Shown piece by piece: positions 37,025 through 49,752 of a stretch of DNA of 64,000 bases. Below the pieces are notes generated by a model. That model had not been told where the DNA came from. It saw only the letters and a list, made by a program, of their open reading frames with translations, and did not search any database. Both the position numbers and the translations under genes were made by a program. Each line of letters opens with the position of its first letter. The first letter of the stretch is position 1. The DNA comes from Macrostomum hystrix (lineage: Eukaryota; Animalia; Platyhelminthes): contig CATNEN010000008.1 of NCBI GenBank assembly GCA_950097015.1, positions 806,001-870,000 on the forward strand. Reading direction: 5' to 3'.

Positions 37025-39186
37025 ATGCCAATGCCACCACTGAAGGCCGAGATCCTCGAGCTTGATGAGCCGGCTCCAGTTGCGCCCATGAAGACGGAGG
37101 TCAAGTTTTCAGCGCAGGACCTGCAGGACGCAGCTGCAGTCGCTGGCCATCTCGACTTGCCTCTGCAGTACATGGATTGTGAGTGAAAATCTCTATTGGA
37201 AGAATGCTTTTTAAGGTGTCGGGACTAAAACTCTCCTGGTACTCTTTTCCAGATTGGTCGTCGGACCAGAAGCGCAGGTGGCTAAAGTGCATGCTAGTGA
37301 AGCACATCAACTGGCACGCCATGTTGCCGAACCAAAGACAAGCAACCGGTCAACTATTGAACCAGGTGAATGAGTCACTGCTCAGCCACTCGACTGCCCC
37401 CTTGGACCGTCTAATTAGCCAGGTGGAGTCTATTCTGGCCTGCCAGTTTCTCGGTCAGTTGCTGAGAAGAGAGCTGGAGATCTGGCGGCTGGGTGAGTAA
37501 GCTGTGTACTTTGATCAGTTTACCTGGCCTGATGAATTTCAGTCTCTTTAGAAATCACCTGAATTTGGATTCGGGAATCGTTTCAATAATGATTCGGGAA
37601 TCGTCTCAATTATGATTCGGGAATCGTCTCAATTAAGATTCGTAGAATTATGATTCTACGTTAATAATAATATTTTCAGGAGGGCTGCGGGCAATGGCAC
37701 ATCATTTGGTGACACTAGACCTGCAGCCAGCGAGGAGGCAATTCTGCCCATTTCGCTGACTCCTGAGCACACATTCAGCCAGATACCGTAAGCAGGCACA
37801 CACTAAATGGGCCCTAAAAGCTTTTTTCAAGAGTTACATTCCGGATTCCGATCGACTGCTTATTAAGCTTAAAACACAGTACTACGAGTACAGCCCTAAT
37901 AATGAGAATGTCTAAGAGGAGTTTGACACGCTTATTTAAACTGCGGGTGAGACATGAGATGCAAGAATAGGCTCTGAAAGAGCAAGGCAGCATTGTGAGA
38001 GGCAGACCTCCTGCAAAACTAAAGCAGATAACCCAAGAAGAAGGAACATTGTTATCATGCATGAAGCTGCGTTGTCTCTCGCTAAACTAGAAAGCTCTCA
38101 TGCCATATAGTCAATTAAACATATATACCTACGCTCGTATTGTGCACTAACATACGCTTAGTGGATGGCGAAAATTTGGATTCAAATCTCTATTTCATTG
38201 TATTTTATTATGCGACTGCATTCTCATATAGCGGGGGTCGGCAGTCTAGGGGTGAGATGCGATCCACCAAGCTCACATTGTCCTACTATACTCTATCCTC
38301 ACTGTATCTCATCTCTCTCCTGTCTCATCTCTTCCCTGTCTTATCTCTCCTGTGTCTCATCTCTTCCCTGTCTTATCTCTCCCGTGTCTCATCTCTTCCC
38401 TGTCTTAACTCTCCCGTGTCTCATCTCTCTTATTTCTTATCTCTACCGTGCCTCATCTCTCTCCTGTCTCATCTCTCCACTGTCTTATCTCTCCCGTGTC
38501 TCATCTCTCTTATTTCTTATCTCTACCATGTCTTATCTCTTCCCTGTCTTATCTCTCCCGTGTCTCATCAATCCCGTGTCTTATCTCTCCCCTTCAAATC
38601 TCTCCATTTTTCCACATTCATTCTTGCACCTTTTTGTCTTTTCAACTGTCTCGTTAGCTCTCGAGGTATATATTTATATTAGGTTTCTAACAACTGGAAG
38701 CTCTTATCTAACCTTCTTTCCTTTTTAACAAACCCACCATTGGCAGCCGCAGAAAGTGAGTCTCGATCCTCAGACTGCAAGTCCTCAGCTCGTCAGCCGT
38801 ACTGTTCGCCATCTCCCAGCTCCGATAGCGGCAGCAACAGCAGCAGCAGCAGAGGCGGCAGCAACGGTGACCTTCTGTGGGAGCACATTGTTCGCATGCT
38901 GGAGGCGGGTCACCCTGCAGTGCGGTGGGTGTCCCGGGAGCAGGGCCTGTTTCAGTTTGTTCAGAGCAGCGCGGCGGCCAGGTCTTGGGGGGCAACTAAA
39001 AATAATCGCAATATGAGCTTCGAGAAGATGAGCAGGTCGATTCGGCAGTACTATCGGCCGAGCTCCGGTTTAATGATCAAAGTGCCAAACAAGGGCCGCC
39101 TTATGTACAAGCTAAACGTGGGGCATCCTCAAGTTCTCAAATTTCTGGCGAAGCTCAGTCTGGAAAAAAAACAACTGTTCTGTTAA
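37025..39186 (+). CDS. SPDEF: ETS transcription factor, SPDEF/Ets98B-like (divergent PNT-like region + ETS domain), 3 exons, ~277 aa
   Basis: Exons: 37025-37178, 37253-37492, 38747-39186 (834 nt, in frame). ETS domain LLWEHIVRML...RW...GLFQF...WGATKNNRNMSFEKMSRSIRQYY; SRSIRQYY is the SPDEF-type recognition helix. Exon 2 YWSSDQKRRWL resembles the PNT start. Confidence 0.8.
37568..37645. repeat. Three copies of a 23-bp unit (GATTCGGGAATCGTCTCAATTAT)
   Basis: Direct repeats, each containing the inverted pair GATTC/GAATC. Confidence 0.8.
37677..37812 (-). mobile_element. SINE family A, 3' fragment
   Basis: GGGCTGCGGGCAATGGCACATCATTTGGTGACACTAGACC...CTGACTCCTGAGCACAC. Confidence 0.75.
38290..38600. 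repeat. Degenerate pyrimidine-rich ~16-bp repeat (TCTCATCTCTCCCGTG-like) in ETS intron 2
   Basis: Visible periodicity; the LSxL-type ORFs are artefacts. The unit is related to the array at 63860-64000. Confidence 0.8.
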
Positions 39187-39595
39187 AAAACTATTAATGA
39201 AGTTGTTCTTCTTTTTATGACAGCGATTGAGCAAGAATCACTGCGACCGAGTGGTTGAATAATACCAGTGTTCAACAAGTAAAAATTGACTGAATTCCAA
39301 CCGTGCATGTAGTTTGTAAACTTGCTACTGCAGAACTATCCCTTATCTCACGTCGTGTATTTTAAGTAATCAACTTTTTTGCACATCTAAACTTCTGAGT
39401 TTCAATATAACGAGCGTACAAGATTCTGAAATCGCGAAACTCAAATATATGCCAATAAAATCAGTTCGAAAGATTTTTGTGTAACATCTTGTTAATATCA
39501 TTAATAAAGTGTTGTTTATGACGGCGATTGACGCTTTATACAGTTACTTGCGCTAGTAAATGTTTGGTTTTAGCCTTTTGTTTTTTTAGCTGAGA

Positions 39596-41408
39596 CTTCA
39601 GGACAGCTGAGGTATCAGGACAGCTGAAGCTTCAGGACAGCTGAGGCATCAGAACAGCTGAGGTATCAGGACAGCTGAGGCTTCAGGACAGCTGAGGTAT
39701 CAGGACAGCTGAGGCTTCAGGACAGCTGAGGTATCAGGACAGCTGAGGCTTCAGGACAGCTGAGGCATCAGAACAGCTGAGGTATCAGGACAGCTGAGGC
39801 TTCAGGACAGCTGAGGCTTCAGGACAGCTGAGGTATCAGCACAGCTGAGGTATCAGAACAGCTGAGGTATCAGGACAGCTGAGGCTTCAGGACAGCTGAG
39901 GCTTCAGGACAGCTGAGGTATCAGGACAGCTGAGGCATCAGAACAGCTGAGGTATCAGGACAGCTGAGGTATCAGGACAGCTGAGGCTTCAGGACAGCTG
40001 AGGTATCAGGACAGCTGAGGCTTCAGGACAGCTGAGGCTTCAGGACAGCTGAGGTATCAGGACAGCTGAAGCATCAGAACAGCTGAGGTATCAGGACAGC
40101 TGAGGCTTCAGGACAGCTGAGGCTTCAGGACAGCTGAGGTATCAGGACAGCTGAGGCATCAGAACAGCTGAGGTATCAGGACAGCTGAGGTATCAGGACA
40201 GCTGAGGCTTCAGGACAGCTGAGGTATCAGGACAGCTGAGGTATCAGGACAGCTGAGGTATCAGGACAGCTGAGGCTTCAGGACAGCTGAGGCTTCAGGA
40301 CAGCTGAGGTATCAGGACAGCTGAGGCTTCAGGACAGCTGAGGCTTCAGGACAGCTGAGGCTTCAGGACAGCTGAGGTATCAGGACAGCTGAGGCTTCAG
40401 GACAGCTGAGGTATCAGGACAGCTGAGGCTTCAGGACAGCTGAGGTATCAGGACAGCTGAGGCTTCAGGACAGCTGAGGTATCAGGACAGCTGAAGCATC
40501 AGAACAGCTGAGGTATCAGGACAGCTGAGGCTTCAGGACAGCTGAGGTATCAGGATAGCTGAGGCTTCAGGACAGCTGAGGCTTCAGGACAGCTGAGGTA
40601 TCAGGACAGCTGAGGTATCAGGACAGCTGAGGCTTCAGGACAGCTGAGGTATCAGGACAGCTGAAGCATCAGAACAGCTGAGGTATCAGGACAGCTGAGG
40701 CTTCAGGACAGCTGAGGTATCAGGACAGCTGAGGTATCAGGACAGCTGAGGTATCAGGACAGCTGAGGTATCAGGACAGCTGAGGTATCAGGACAGCTGA
40801 GGTATCAGGACAGCTGAGGCTTCAGGACAGCTGAGGTATCAGGACAGCTGAGGTATCAGGACAGCTGAGGTATCAGGACAGCTGAGGTATCAGGACAGCT
40901 GAGGTATCAGGACAGCTGAAGCATCAGAACAGCTGAGGTATCAGGACAGCTGAGGCTTCAGGACAGCTGAGGTATCAGGACAGCTGAGGCTTCAGGACAG
41001 CTGAGGCTTCAGGACAGCTGAGGTATCAGGACAGCTGAAGCATCAGAACAGCTGAGGTATCAGGACAGCTGAGGCTTCAGGACAGCTGAGGTATCAGGAC
41101 AGCTGAGGTATCAGGACAGCTGAGGTATCAGGACAGCTGAGGTATCAGGACAGCTGAGGTATCAGGACAGCTGAGGTATCAGGACAGCTGAGGCTTCAGG
41201 ACAGCTGAGGTATCAGGACAGCTGAGGTATCAGGACAGCTGAGGTATCAGGACAGCTGAGGTATCAGGACAGCTGAGGTATCAGGACAGCTGAGGTATCA
41301 GGACAGCTGAGGTATCAGGACAGCTGAGGTATCAGGACAGCTGAGGTATCAGGACAGCTGAGGTATCAGGACAGCTGAGGTATCAGGACAGCTGAGGTAT
41401 CAGGACAG
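39596..41408. repeat. 17-bp minisatellite array (TCAGGACAGCTGAGG[TA/CT])
   Basis: The unit is directly visible over ~1.8 kb (~105 copies). Confidence 0.97.
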
Positions 41409-41874
41409 TGGTTTCTGCATAAAAGTTTCGTTTAGTTCCGCTAATCGTGTGCAGCTCAGTCGAAAATATTTCAGTGACGAATAAAAGAGGCAGGTGGTGC
41501 TCACTCTGATAGTTCCAATGTCCTATATTTTAGAGTTTGGAGTTTGACTATGTGAGCAGCAACAAAAACTCCACGAATTGGTCTGGAAACTGTCCCGACA
41601 TCGAAATTTGAATAAGATTGATGAAGAAGATGAGCAGAGCAGAGCAGTCTGTTAGTTCGGATTTGGACTGACTGTCGGACACAAAATAAAAACTGGGGCA
41701 AGTCGCTCTGATTTGTTTCGCATTGATAATTAGACGCCTATATAAGCGTCCTGTTGGCTATATCAGTCGATGCTTAATTTGCTTTCTGAGTAAATCTCTG
41801 CTTGGACCGCTAATCTAAGCAAGACTCCTTATCTACGAGTATATTCACGTTTGGTGGAGAAGTGTAAGTATTCG

Positions 41875-42045
41875 CAGGCGCAGCTTCTGAAAGCTGCGTA
41901 CAGCTGTTCAGTCCATGGACTGTGGGGGGGCGCCTGACCCTCCCTCAGTTACCCCAACTAACGCTGGCACCCATTTAACAGGATATTGTTACAGTGGAGT
42001 CGGGAGTCAAACCCAATCCCACCTTCAAGTCGTGAGTCCGACGCT
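41875..42045 (-). mobile_element. SINE family B copy
   Basis: GCTGCGTACAGCTGTTCAGTCCATGGACTG...CAGTTACCCC...GCTGGCACCCATTTAACAG...CCTTCAAGTCGTGAGTCCG. Confidence 0.7.
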
Positions 42046-42184
42046 CTATCTACTATATCTGCTATTTGTACAGCCCCCACTTTCTTATATATGGCTCATC
42101 AGGTATCATTTCTATCATGCATGGACTGTTAAATCTCAATTCCTTTGTATACGAAAATTGTAAACAGTCCTGTCTCCCTGTACC

Positions 42185-42466
42185 ATGTCAGAGTTAACAG
42201 CAATGCGCCTGAACCTAATCTGCCTGGCTATTCCTGTCGTGGCCTCTTTAATCTCCGCTGCCAGCATCAACGAGCAGCCCTCCGCAATGTACCTGGCCTG
42301 CCTGGAGGAAAAGTTCGGTACAGATTGCGACTTTGATTACGACTGTGAGTGCGGCAAATTGCAGCCGAATTACAGCTGCCTACTAACAATGACCGGCAGG
42401 CGGCAGTGCACTATTGACTTCAGCGAGGCTAACAGACAAGAGTACATGCATGACTCACTGTGGTGA
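42185..42466 (+). CDS. Putative small secreted cysteine-rich peptide (signal peptide + 6 Cys), 93 aa
   Basis: Hydrophobic N-terminus (MRLNLICLAIPVVASLISAAS), then C-x8-C-x5-C-x-C-x8-C-x9-C. GC-rich coding-like codons in an AT-richer context, and AATAAA at 42639-42644. Confidence 0.62.
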   Translation: MSELTAMRLNLICLAIPVVASLISAASINEQPSAMYLACLEEKFGTDCDFDYDCECGKLQPNYSCLLTMTGRRQCTIDFSEANRQEYMHDSLW

Positions 42467-45312
42467 TTGCTGCGCTCGTGTGATTACAGACCGTACTATA
42501 GACTAACTACATTTACAGGTGACAATTAAGACATGAAATACACACTCGTATATGGACAATCACAGAAAAATACTTTGAGTTCCAAGTAAAAACTAAAGCT
42601 CTCCGAATATGTGTAGTTTTTTTCTCGTAATTAACTTTAATAAATTCGTTACATTTTGTTCTGCGCAAAACGTTGGCAGGTTTTCAGTTTTCTGATATAC
42701 CTCGTATTGTGTGTAAAACTGCACTGTATAAAATTTATACTGTAGGACGAATTCGCCTACATGACGTAGCTCTCATGCTCAGTTTTTCTGAAACTCTTAA
42801 ACAGAGCGAGTCCAAATCTCATGGAAACAGTTTGTCGCCTTAAGTTAGACACTAATTAGCTCCCCGTCACTTCAGTTGACTAAACAGTGCCATTGGTACT
42901 CAGCAATAGCTGAGCCTGTTCTACTGGTCTGTACTAATCTCGGACTCAACAGGGTTATGTTTATACGAGCCCGCAACTTCTTTTCTACATATTAGTTATT
43001 ATTTACATAAAAATACTTGTACACAGAAAAATTAGCGAGTAATAAATAATAAATTAGCGAACAAACTGGTTGGCGTAGCAGCGAGCATCGGCCTGGTTTC
43101 AACACGAAGAAGACCATCGTTTCTATGAGTGCCGGGCGACAATGTGATCGCAGTTTCTGCCGTGGCGCTGATGGCAGGCAACGGAGCTTCCGCGCTGTCT
43201 GCAGTTTTATAGTCTATCTCGGCGGTATATATATGGTTCCTGCAAACGTCTGCTAAGATCAGCGACGATGCCGCGGGCTCGTCTAGGCTACCTCTTGTTC
43301 TGTGAGGGCTGTCCTGCAGTCCGACATCCTATAGTTACCTGATCAGTGACAGACACTCTTTAAGCTGCATGGCCTGCTGCGTACAGCCTTTAAGATCAGC
43401 GAAGATCGAGCGAGTTGCTACACTGCACGTACAATATCGCCGCGCAGCTATAGCCGGCCTCGCATCACCTAGCGCCTAGCACTTACATCACGTGTGGCAG
43501 GCAGCATCACATGTGGTCACTGGCCAAATCATCGAAGCCAGCGCAGCTACTGATTCTACTCCGTGTTTAATATTTGAAGTTTTTTTATTGCTTTTGCGAT
43601 AAGAAATGTTAAGCTGCATATTCGTTTTTAGCTTTCTTAAGGGTCAGTTTTTAGTAACTGACGCGTTTTAGATGATCAATTAATAAATTAACTATTTATT
43701 TACCTTAAATGCATTCGCGTTTTTCTGAAACTTATACACTCTACATCTTATTTATATTGATTATCGTTTGTTCATTACCATATTACATTACAATACATGC
43801 ACAAAAACATTGAATACACGACCAAAATATGATTTCATGCTAAAAAAGTAATCACAATATAACTAACAAGCTAAGTAGCTAGTTTAAGCATGCTATAAAG
43901 CATACAATGCACCTGTTTTAACTACTTGCTTTTAATTGCGTAAATTTAATTTACTTTGTCGCAAGTGAGAGCCCATTGAAACAAATTATAATACTGCGAT
44001 TACCTGAAAGGGTTTTAAAATTCACAATATAATGTGTTTTTTGTGCTAGTAATTTGCTTATTCTAATTAAAGATGATAAAAAACGTTTTTTGACAATGAA
44101 ACTCTCTGAAAAGCGAAAAGTAAGTACTATTTTAAGAAGTTAATCAAGAGGGCATTTTTAGATAAACTGAGCCGAACTTAAATCTAAATCGCCAGCTTTT
44201 AGTTATCGTGCCGTTTTATACCTATTGATTTAAGGTTATATGTTCGAGAGTTCGTTTTATAATATGTTAGATGCTTATCTTATAATATATATTTTACAGT
44301 TCAAATGGTTTCTGGCGTTTAACTGATAGACTGACAAGACTGTCAGACTTCCTATTTTAGAAAAATATTGTGACTATATCACAGTTATTGCATAATTTCT
44401 ACTTTTTAGTTTTGCACTGACCACCCAAATTATTACACCAAAGTCGAGTAAACTTTCTGTTCCTGTTCTGGTAGTGGAACAGCTGTGTTATATAATCTGT
44501 CCTATTATCAATGTCCTAATGGCTAATGTATGTGTATATCAAACACATGCATTCGCTTTTTCGCATAAAAAAATGTAAACTCTTTTAAAAATGGTCAGAC
44601 TTTTTGCCAATGCCCTATAATATTTTTATTATAATTGGATTTGCTCACTTATAATATATTCGCATACTTTTTTACATTTTCCAACTGTTAAATGATTTAT
44701 TTCTGAATAAAACAGCAGTAAATAACTCATTTTGAACTTTGGTCACCTTATAATTAGGCCCTATCTATTATTTCATGCTTAATACTAAGTTGGCTTTATA
44801 ACTGAGAATGGATATCTTGTCTTCATAAAAGCTGCCTATTTTTTCTATTTTCTAATAAAAACTTGTATTGCAAAATCTTTGCTATCATTCCTATTTCAAT
44901 TATAATAAAACCCTTTTAATTCAATAGTATAAATGAATAGCTGGTGATATAATTATAGTGCCCATGCTTCTGGTCTCCTGAAATTCATTTCTAGTTTTAG
45001 AAAAGGGTTAAAGCACATCTCTTTTAAAAGACATCACAAAATAAATAAGTAATGATTATTCAATTTATAGTCATGTTGTGAATGTCAATGCAGCTATTAT
45101 TAATTTATCAACTAAACCCTAGCAAATTTATTATTCAAGGAGCAGTAATGTGCCAAATACAATACAGAACAAACAATTTACACAACAAACAAAACAATTA
45201 TTTTATATATATTCTGGTTTGGGATGCACGTTTGCAAAATGCCAACTGCTACCACCTAACCTTTTTCTTGCAGTTCATCTTCCAAGCGTTGTTCTGAGGC
45301 TATTTCATTCTA

Positions 45313-48300
45313 ATGGAAATTGAAGGCTTGCCTTCGAGAAAGCAGGATACAGTAGAAGAGAAAGGTGTGCCAGCTGAATTGCATATGACTGTCGATGATT
45401 GTTTTAATGTGACTCAAAAGAAACTTTCTGGAAGCCAGTTAGATACTTCCAAATGCTTACGTTCCAGCCCACCAACTCTTGAAACGATTTCAAGCGCAGA
45501 TAGAAGCCTACTTTCTGATAATAGTCAAGTAGAGAGATCTGAAGTTAGAGAAAGTGCAGATGAATTTTATGCAGCAGCTAAATCTGATTCTTCTTGGCAG
45601 CAGAAAGCAGACACCACATCAGGTTCTGCAGGTAAAGATGCCAGTGCCTCTATGAATGAATCGAAGAAAGCAGACACCACATCAGGTTCTGCAGGTGAAG
45701 ATGCCGGTGCCTCTATGAATGAACCGAAGAAAGCAGACACCACATCAGATTCTACAGGTGAAGATGCCGGTGCCTCTATGAATGAACCGAAGAAAGCAGA
45801 CACCACATCAGTTTCTACAGGTGAAGATGCCGGTGCTTGTATGAATGAATCGAAGAAAGCAGACACCACATCAGGTTCTGCAGGTGAAGATGCCGGTGCT
45901 TGTATGAATGAATCGAAGAAAGCAGACACCACATCAGGTTCTGCAGGTGAAGATGCCGGTGCCTCTATGAATGAACCGAAGAAAGCAGTCACCACATCAG
46001 GTTCTGCAGGTAAAGATGCCGGTGCCTCTATGAATGAATCGAAGAAAGCAGTCACCACATCAGGTTCTGCCGGTGAAGATGCCGGTGCCTCTATGAATGA
46101 ATCGAAGAAAGCAGACACCACATCAGGTTCTGCAGGTAAAGATGCCGGTGCCTCTATGAATGAACCGAAGAAAGCAGACACCACATCAGGTTCTACAGGT
46201 GAAGATGCCGGTGCTTGTATGAATAATTCGAAGAAAGCAGACACCACATCAGGTTCTACAGGTGAAGATGCCGGTGCCTCTATGAATGAACCGAAGAAAG
46301 CAGTCACCACATCAGGTTCTACAGGTGAAGATGCCGGTGCTTGTATGAATGAATCGAAGAAAGCAGACACCACATCAGGTTCTACAGGTGAAGATGCCGG
46401 TGCTTGTATGAATGAATCGAAGAAAGCAGACACCACATCAGGTTCTGCAGGTGAAGATGCCGGTGCTTGTATGAATGATTCGAAGAAAGCAGACACCACA
46501 TCAGGTTCTACAGGTGAAGATGCCGGTGCCTCTATGAATGAACCGAAGAAAGCAGACACCACATCAGGTTCTGCAGGTGAAGATGCCCGTGCTTCTATGA
46601 ATGAACCGAAGAAAGCAGACACCACATCAGGTTCTGCAGGTGAAGATGCCCGTGCTTCTATGAATGAACCGAAGAAAGCAGACACCACATCAGGTTCTGC
46701 AGGTGAAGATGCCCGTGCTTCTATGAATGAATCAAAGAAAGCAGACACCACATCAGGTTCTGCAGGTGAAGATGCCGGTGCTTGTATGAATGAATCGAAG
46801 AAAGCAGTCACCACATCAGGTTCTGCAGGTGAAGATGCCGGTGCTTGTATGAATGAATCGAAGAAAGCAGACACCACATCAGGTTCTGCAGGTGAAGATG
46901 CCGGTGCTTGTATGAATGAATCGAAGAAAGCAGACACCACATCAGGTTCTAAAGGTGAAGATGCCGGTGCCTCTATGAATGAACCGAAGAAAGCAGACAC
47001 CACATCAGGTTCTAAAGGTGAAGATGCCGGTGCTTGTATGAATGAATCGAAGAAAGCAGACACCGAATTAGGTTCTGCAGGTAAAGATGCCGGTGCTTCT
47101 ATGAATGAATCGAAGAAAGCAGACACCACATCAGGTTCTGCAGGTGAAGATGCCGGTGGTTCTATGAATGAATCGGTTGTAGCAGCTGCTGCTCTACCTA
47201 ATGCTTCCATCGAAAAGGGATCAAATATTTTAGGAAATTATGTTCCATCTACATGCTGGGGTTTAACCACACACGATCTTGGATTTGGTGCTGAATTAGA
47301 ATCTATGAAATTGCGTAATCGTCAATGGAGCTTTCTTAAAAACGCGGGCCAAAGTCACACAGTTATGTTTGACCTGAGTAAGCTAAAAGACACCAGCTTC
47401 GATAATAAGCCTCTTCCGCCTTACTACAAAAAGATAAGTTTCCGCACCAATTCAGACAACTACGTTCGTCTAGCCTGCGACACAGATCGATGGGATACTA
47501 TTAGGAAGCGGCTGCAAGATTTATGCAGTCCGGATGTGACCTCATACGATCTGGAAGAAGCGATCTTATTCTGTGGTAATTTGAATTCAGAAGTTTACAA
47601 ATTCGATGTACTTCACTACTTCTTTAACGAAGACCTGAGCCCTGAAGAGGCCAATTACCTGTTAAAAAACTTGTTGCCCAGAATCGTGCAGCTTGCAATT
47701 TCTCTGCCAGATCTAATTAAGGCGCCAATTCCTTTGTTAAAGAATGGAAGAGTGATGAAGCTGAGTCTCACACAGAAGCAAATCAGCTCTCTGCTGGCCA
47801 ACGCGCTTTTCTGTACTTTTCCACAGCAAGGTGGTCAGTTCGATCGATTTCCCAGCATTAATTTCCATAGGTAGGTTTAAACAATTTATTTAGTCTGCTT
47901 ATTAGGAAACTGCAATCTTCTTCAAAATTTGTTTTTTTCTCTTTAGTTTTTCTCGATTTAAGGCGTTTTCTGTTTTAGTGTTTTGGTGAAGAAGCACTAA
48001 ACTCCTAATTGCTTCGGTTCAATAATCTGTGAAACCGCTACCTGTTAGCTGAAGTAGAAATTCGTGTGGGTTGTGTTGACCCCGCCAGTCCATCGACTAA
48101 AATGCTGTATAGCAGTAATTTCTATAACTTTTACTGTGGTAATGTTGGCTCAAAAATTCCCTTCTTTCTCCACCGCTCTTATTGCAGCTTATATGCATCT
48201 GGTAGATACGCGAGTCCTTGCATGCGTCGCGTTCAGAAGCTGCGCTGTCTGTTCAACTATATGAGTCGAATTACTCAACGCGGTTAGTAAATTATCATTT

Positions 48301-49752
48301 CAACTTTTGAGCTACTGCTTAGATCCGCTAAGAAGTTCAGAGAAATGAGATTTTCGTCGCATTTCAGAGCCACTCGGTATAGTTACACTCAGCCGCCGGT
48401 GTCTCAGACAAACTGTGGACTGGTCGGCTCGGCTAGAACTAATGCCCCAGCTGCTGCACGTGAATAGCAGGGGCACAATCGAGGACACGACAGGAGAGTT
48501 CCTGGAGGCCGACTTTGCCAATAAGTATGTAGGCGGTGGAGTACTCGGTCACGGCATGGTTCAGGAGGAGATCCGGTTCTTGATCTGTCCGGAGCTCATT
48601 GTGGCGCGATTGGTTACCGAGTGTCTCGGCGATCGTGACGCACTACACATAAAAGGATTTGAGAGGTTTAGCGACTACACTGGATATGCCAACAACTGCG
48701 AGTGGGTTGGCGATCACAAAGACGAAAGACCGATTGGGCTGGATAGACGACGCATGTCTCACTTGGTTGCCATGGACGCGTTGAATTTCAGCAATTGGAA
48801 GGAGCAGTTTGATCTTAAAAACATAGACCGTGAATTAAATAAAGCTTTGGTCGCCTTTGGCGACGTGATTACACAATGCCGTCCAGGTCAGCGGGCTGCC
48901 GTTGCAACTGGTAATTGGGGTTGCGGCGCCTTCAAAGGTGATGTCAGATTAAAATTCTTGATTCAGCTGATGGCTTGTTCAGTGGCTGGTCGAAATATGG
49001 CGTACTTTACATTCGGCGATTCAAGGCTTCAACAGAGGCTGCTGGAAATGCACAAGTTTCTGCTAGCAAAAGAAGTCTCCGTGGGCGGTGTTTTCGCGGC
49101 TCTGGTGTCCTTCGCCAAAAAGCTGGAGTCTGACAGCAATGGAGGCTGGCAATATAACGCGGATTCGGCGCCTGATTTATTCGAATTCGTGCAGCAGTAT
49201 GTACTGCACGGTCCAACAGCTCCGCCTCCTCTAGAGCCTTCTGCTACCAAGTCAGACGAGCTTGCGCACGTTTCGGGGCGCAGAGCTTGGCAACGAAATG
49301 CAAAAAAAAGGAAACAAGTGCGGCATCAAGACCAGCAGTTTGATCCGGTCGGCAATTCCTGTGGAAGTAATAAGCAGAAGCCTACTCAAGCAGAGGTACA
49401 CAAACAATCGCCGAATGAGCGACCGCAACAATTGCACAAACCCGAATCAGAGCAGGCCGACTCCGACCCATTTTCTCATAAGACTGATCAGCAGGAGCCA
49501 ACGAGAGCGAAGGAGTCGAATGAATCCGAGGACGAGTTGAAATCCGCGAAGCATCGGGAATGTGATAAAAGTCTGGAAGCTAGCAATAACTTAACTGATG
49601 AGGCTAACGAGTCGAATGAGCTAAATCAAGCTCTAACAGTCGAATCGAAGTGTCCGGAAGGTGATATTATTAACAGTAGGACTACCAAGCCATTTTGCCG
49701 CCCGTTTTTATACCAAGGGGTTTTCTATTTTTTGTCAGCGCCCGAATGCTAA
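45313..49752 (+). CDS. PARG: Poly(ADP-ribose) glycohydrolase paralog 1, with ~25 x 21-aa N-terminal repeats
   Basis: Exons 45313-47870, 48188-48282, 48368-(49660/49675 or 49752). Helical domain (IPLL...LTQKQISSLLANALFCTFP...FPSINF), catalytic ADFANKYVGGGVLGHGMVQEEIRFLICPEL, YTGYA, RELNKA, ATGNWGCGAFKGD. The 3' end may continue to an exon at 50389-50588. Confidence 0.92.
45600..47165 (+). repeat. 63-bp coding tandem repeat (KKADTTSGSAGEDAGASMNE[S/P])
   Basis: In-frame unit inside PARG1 exon 1, with no indels. Confidence 0.95.

Noticed and set aside
38140-38728. Leu/Ser/Cys-rich ORFs of 180-187 aa
   Set aside because: They derive from the CT-rich simple repeat in the ETS intron.
30290-41408. 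Possible CRISPR arrays
   Set aside because: Units are head-to-tail with no unique spacers, there are no cas genes, and the context is eukaryotic.
45567-47210. 547-aa minus-strand ORF
   Set aside because: It is the antisense shadow of the PARG1 63-bp coding repeat.
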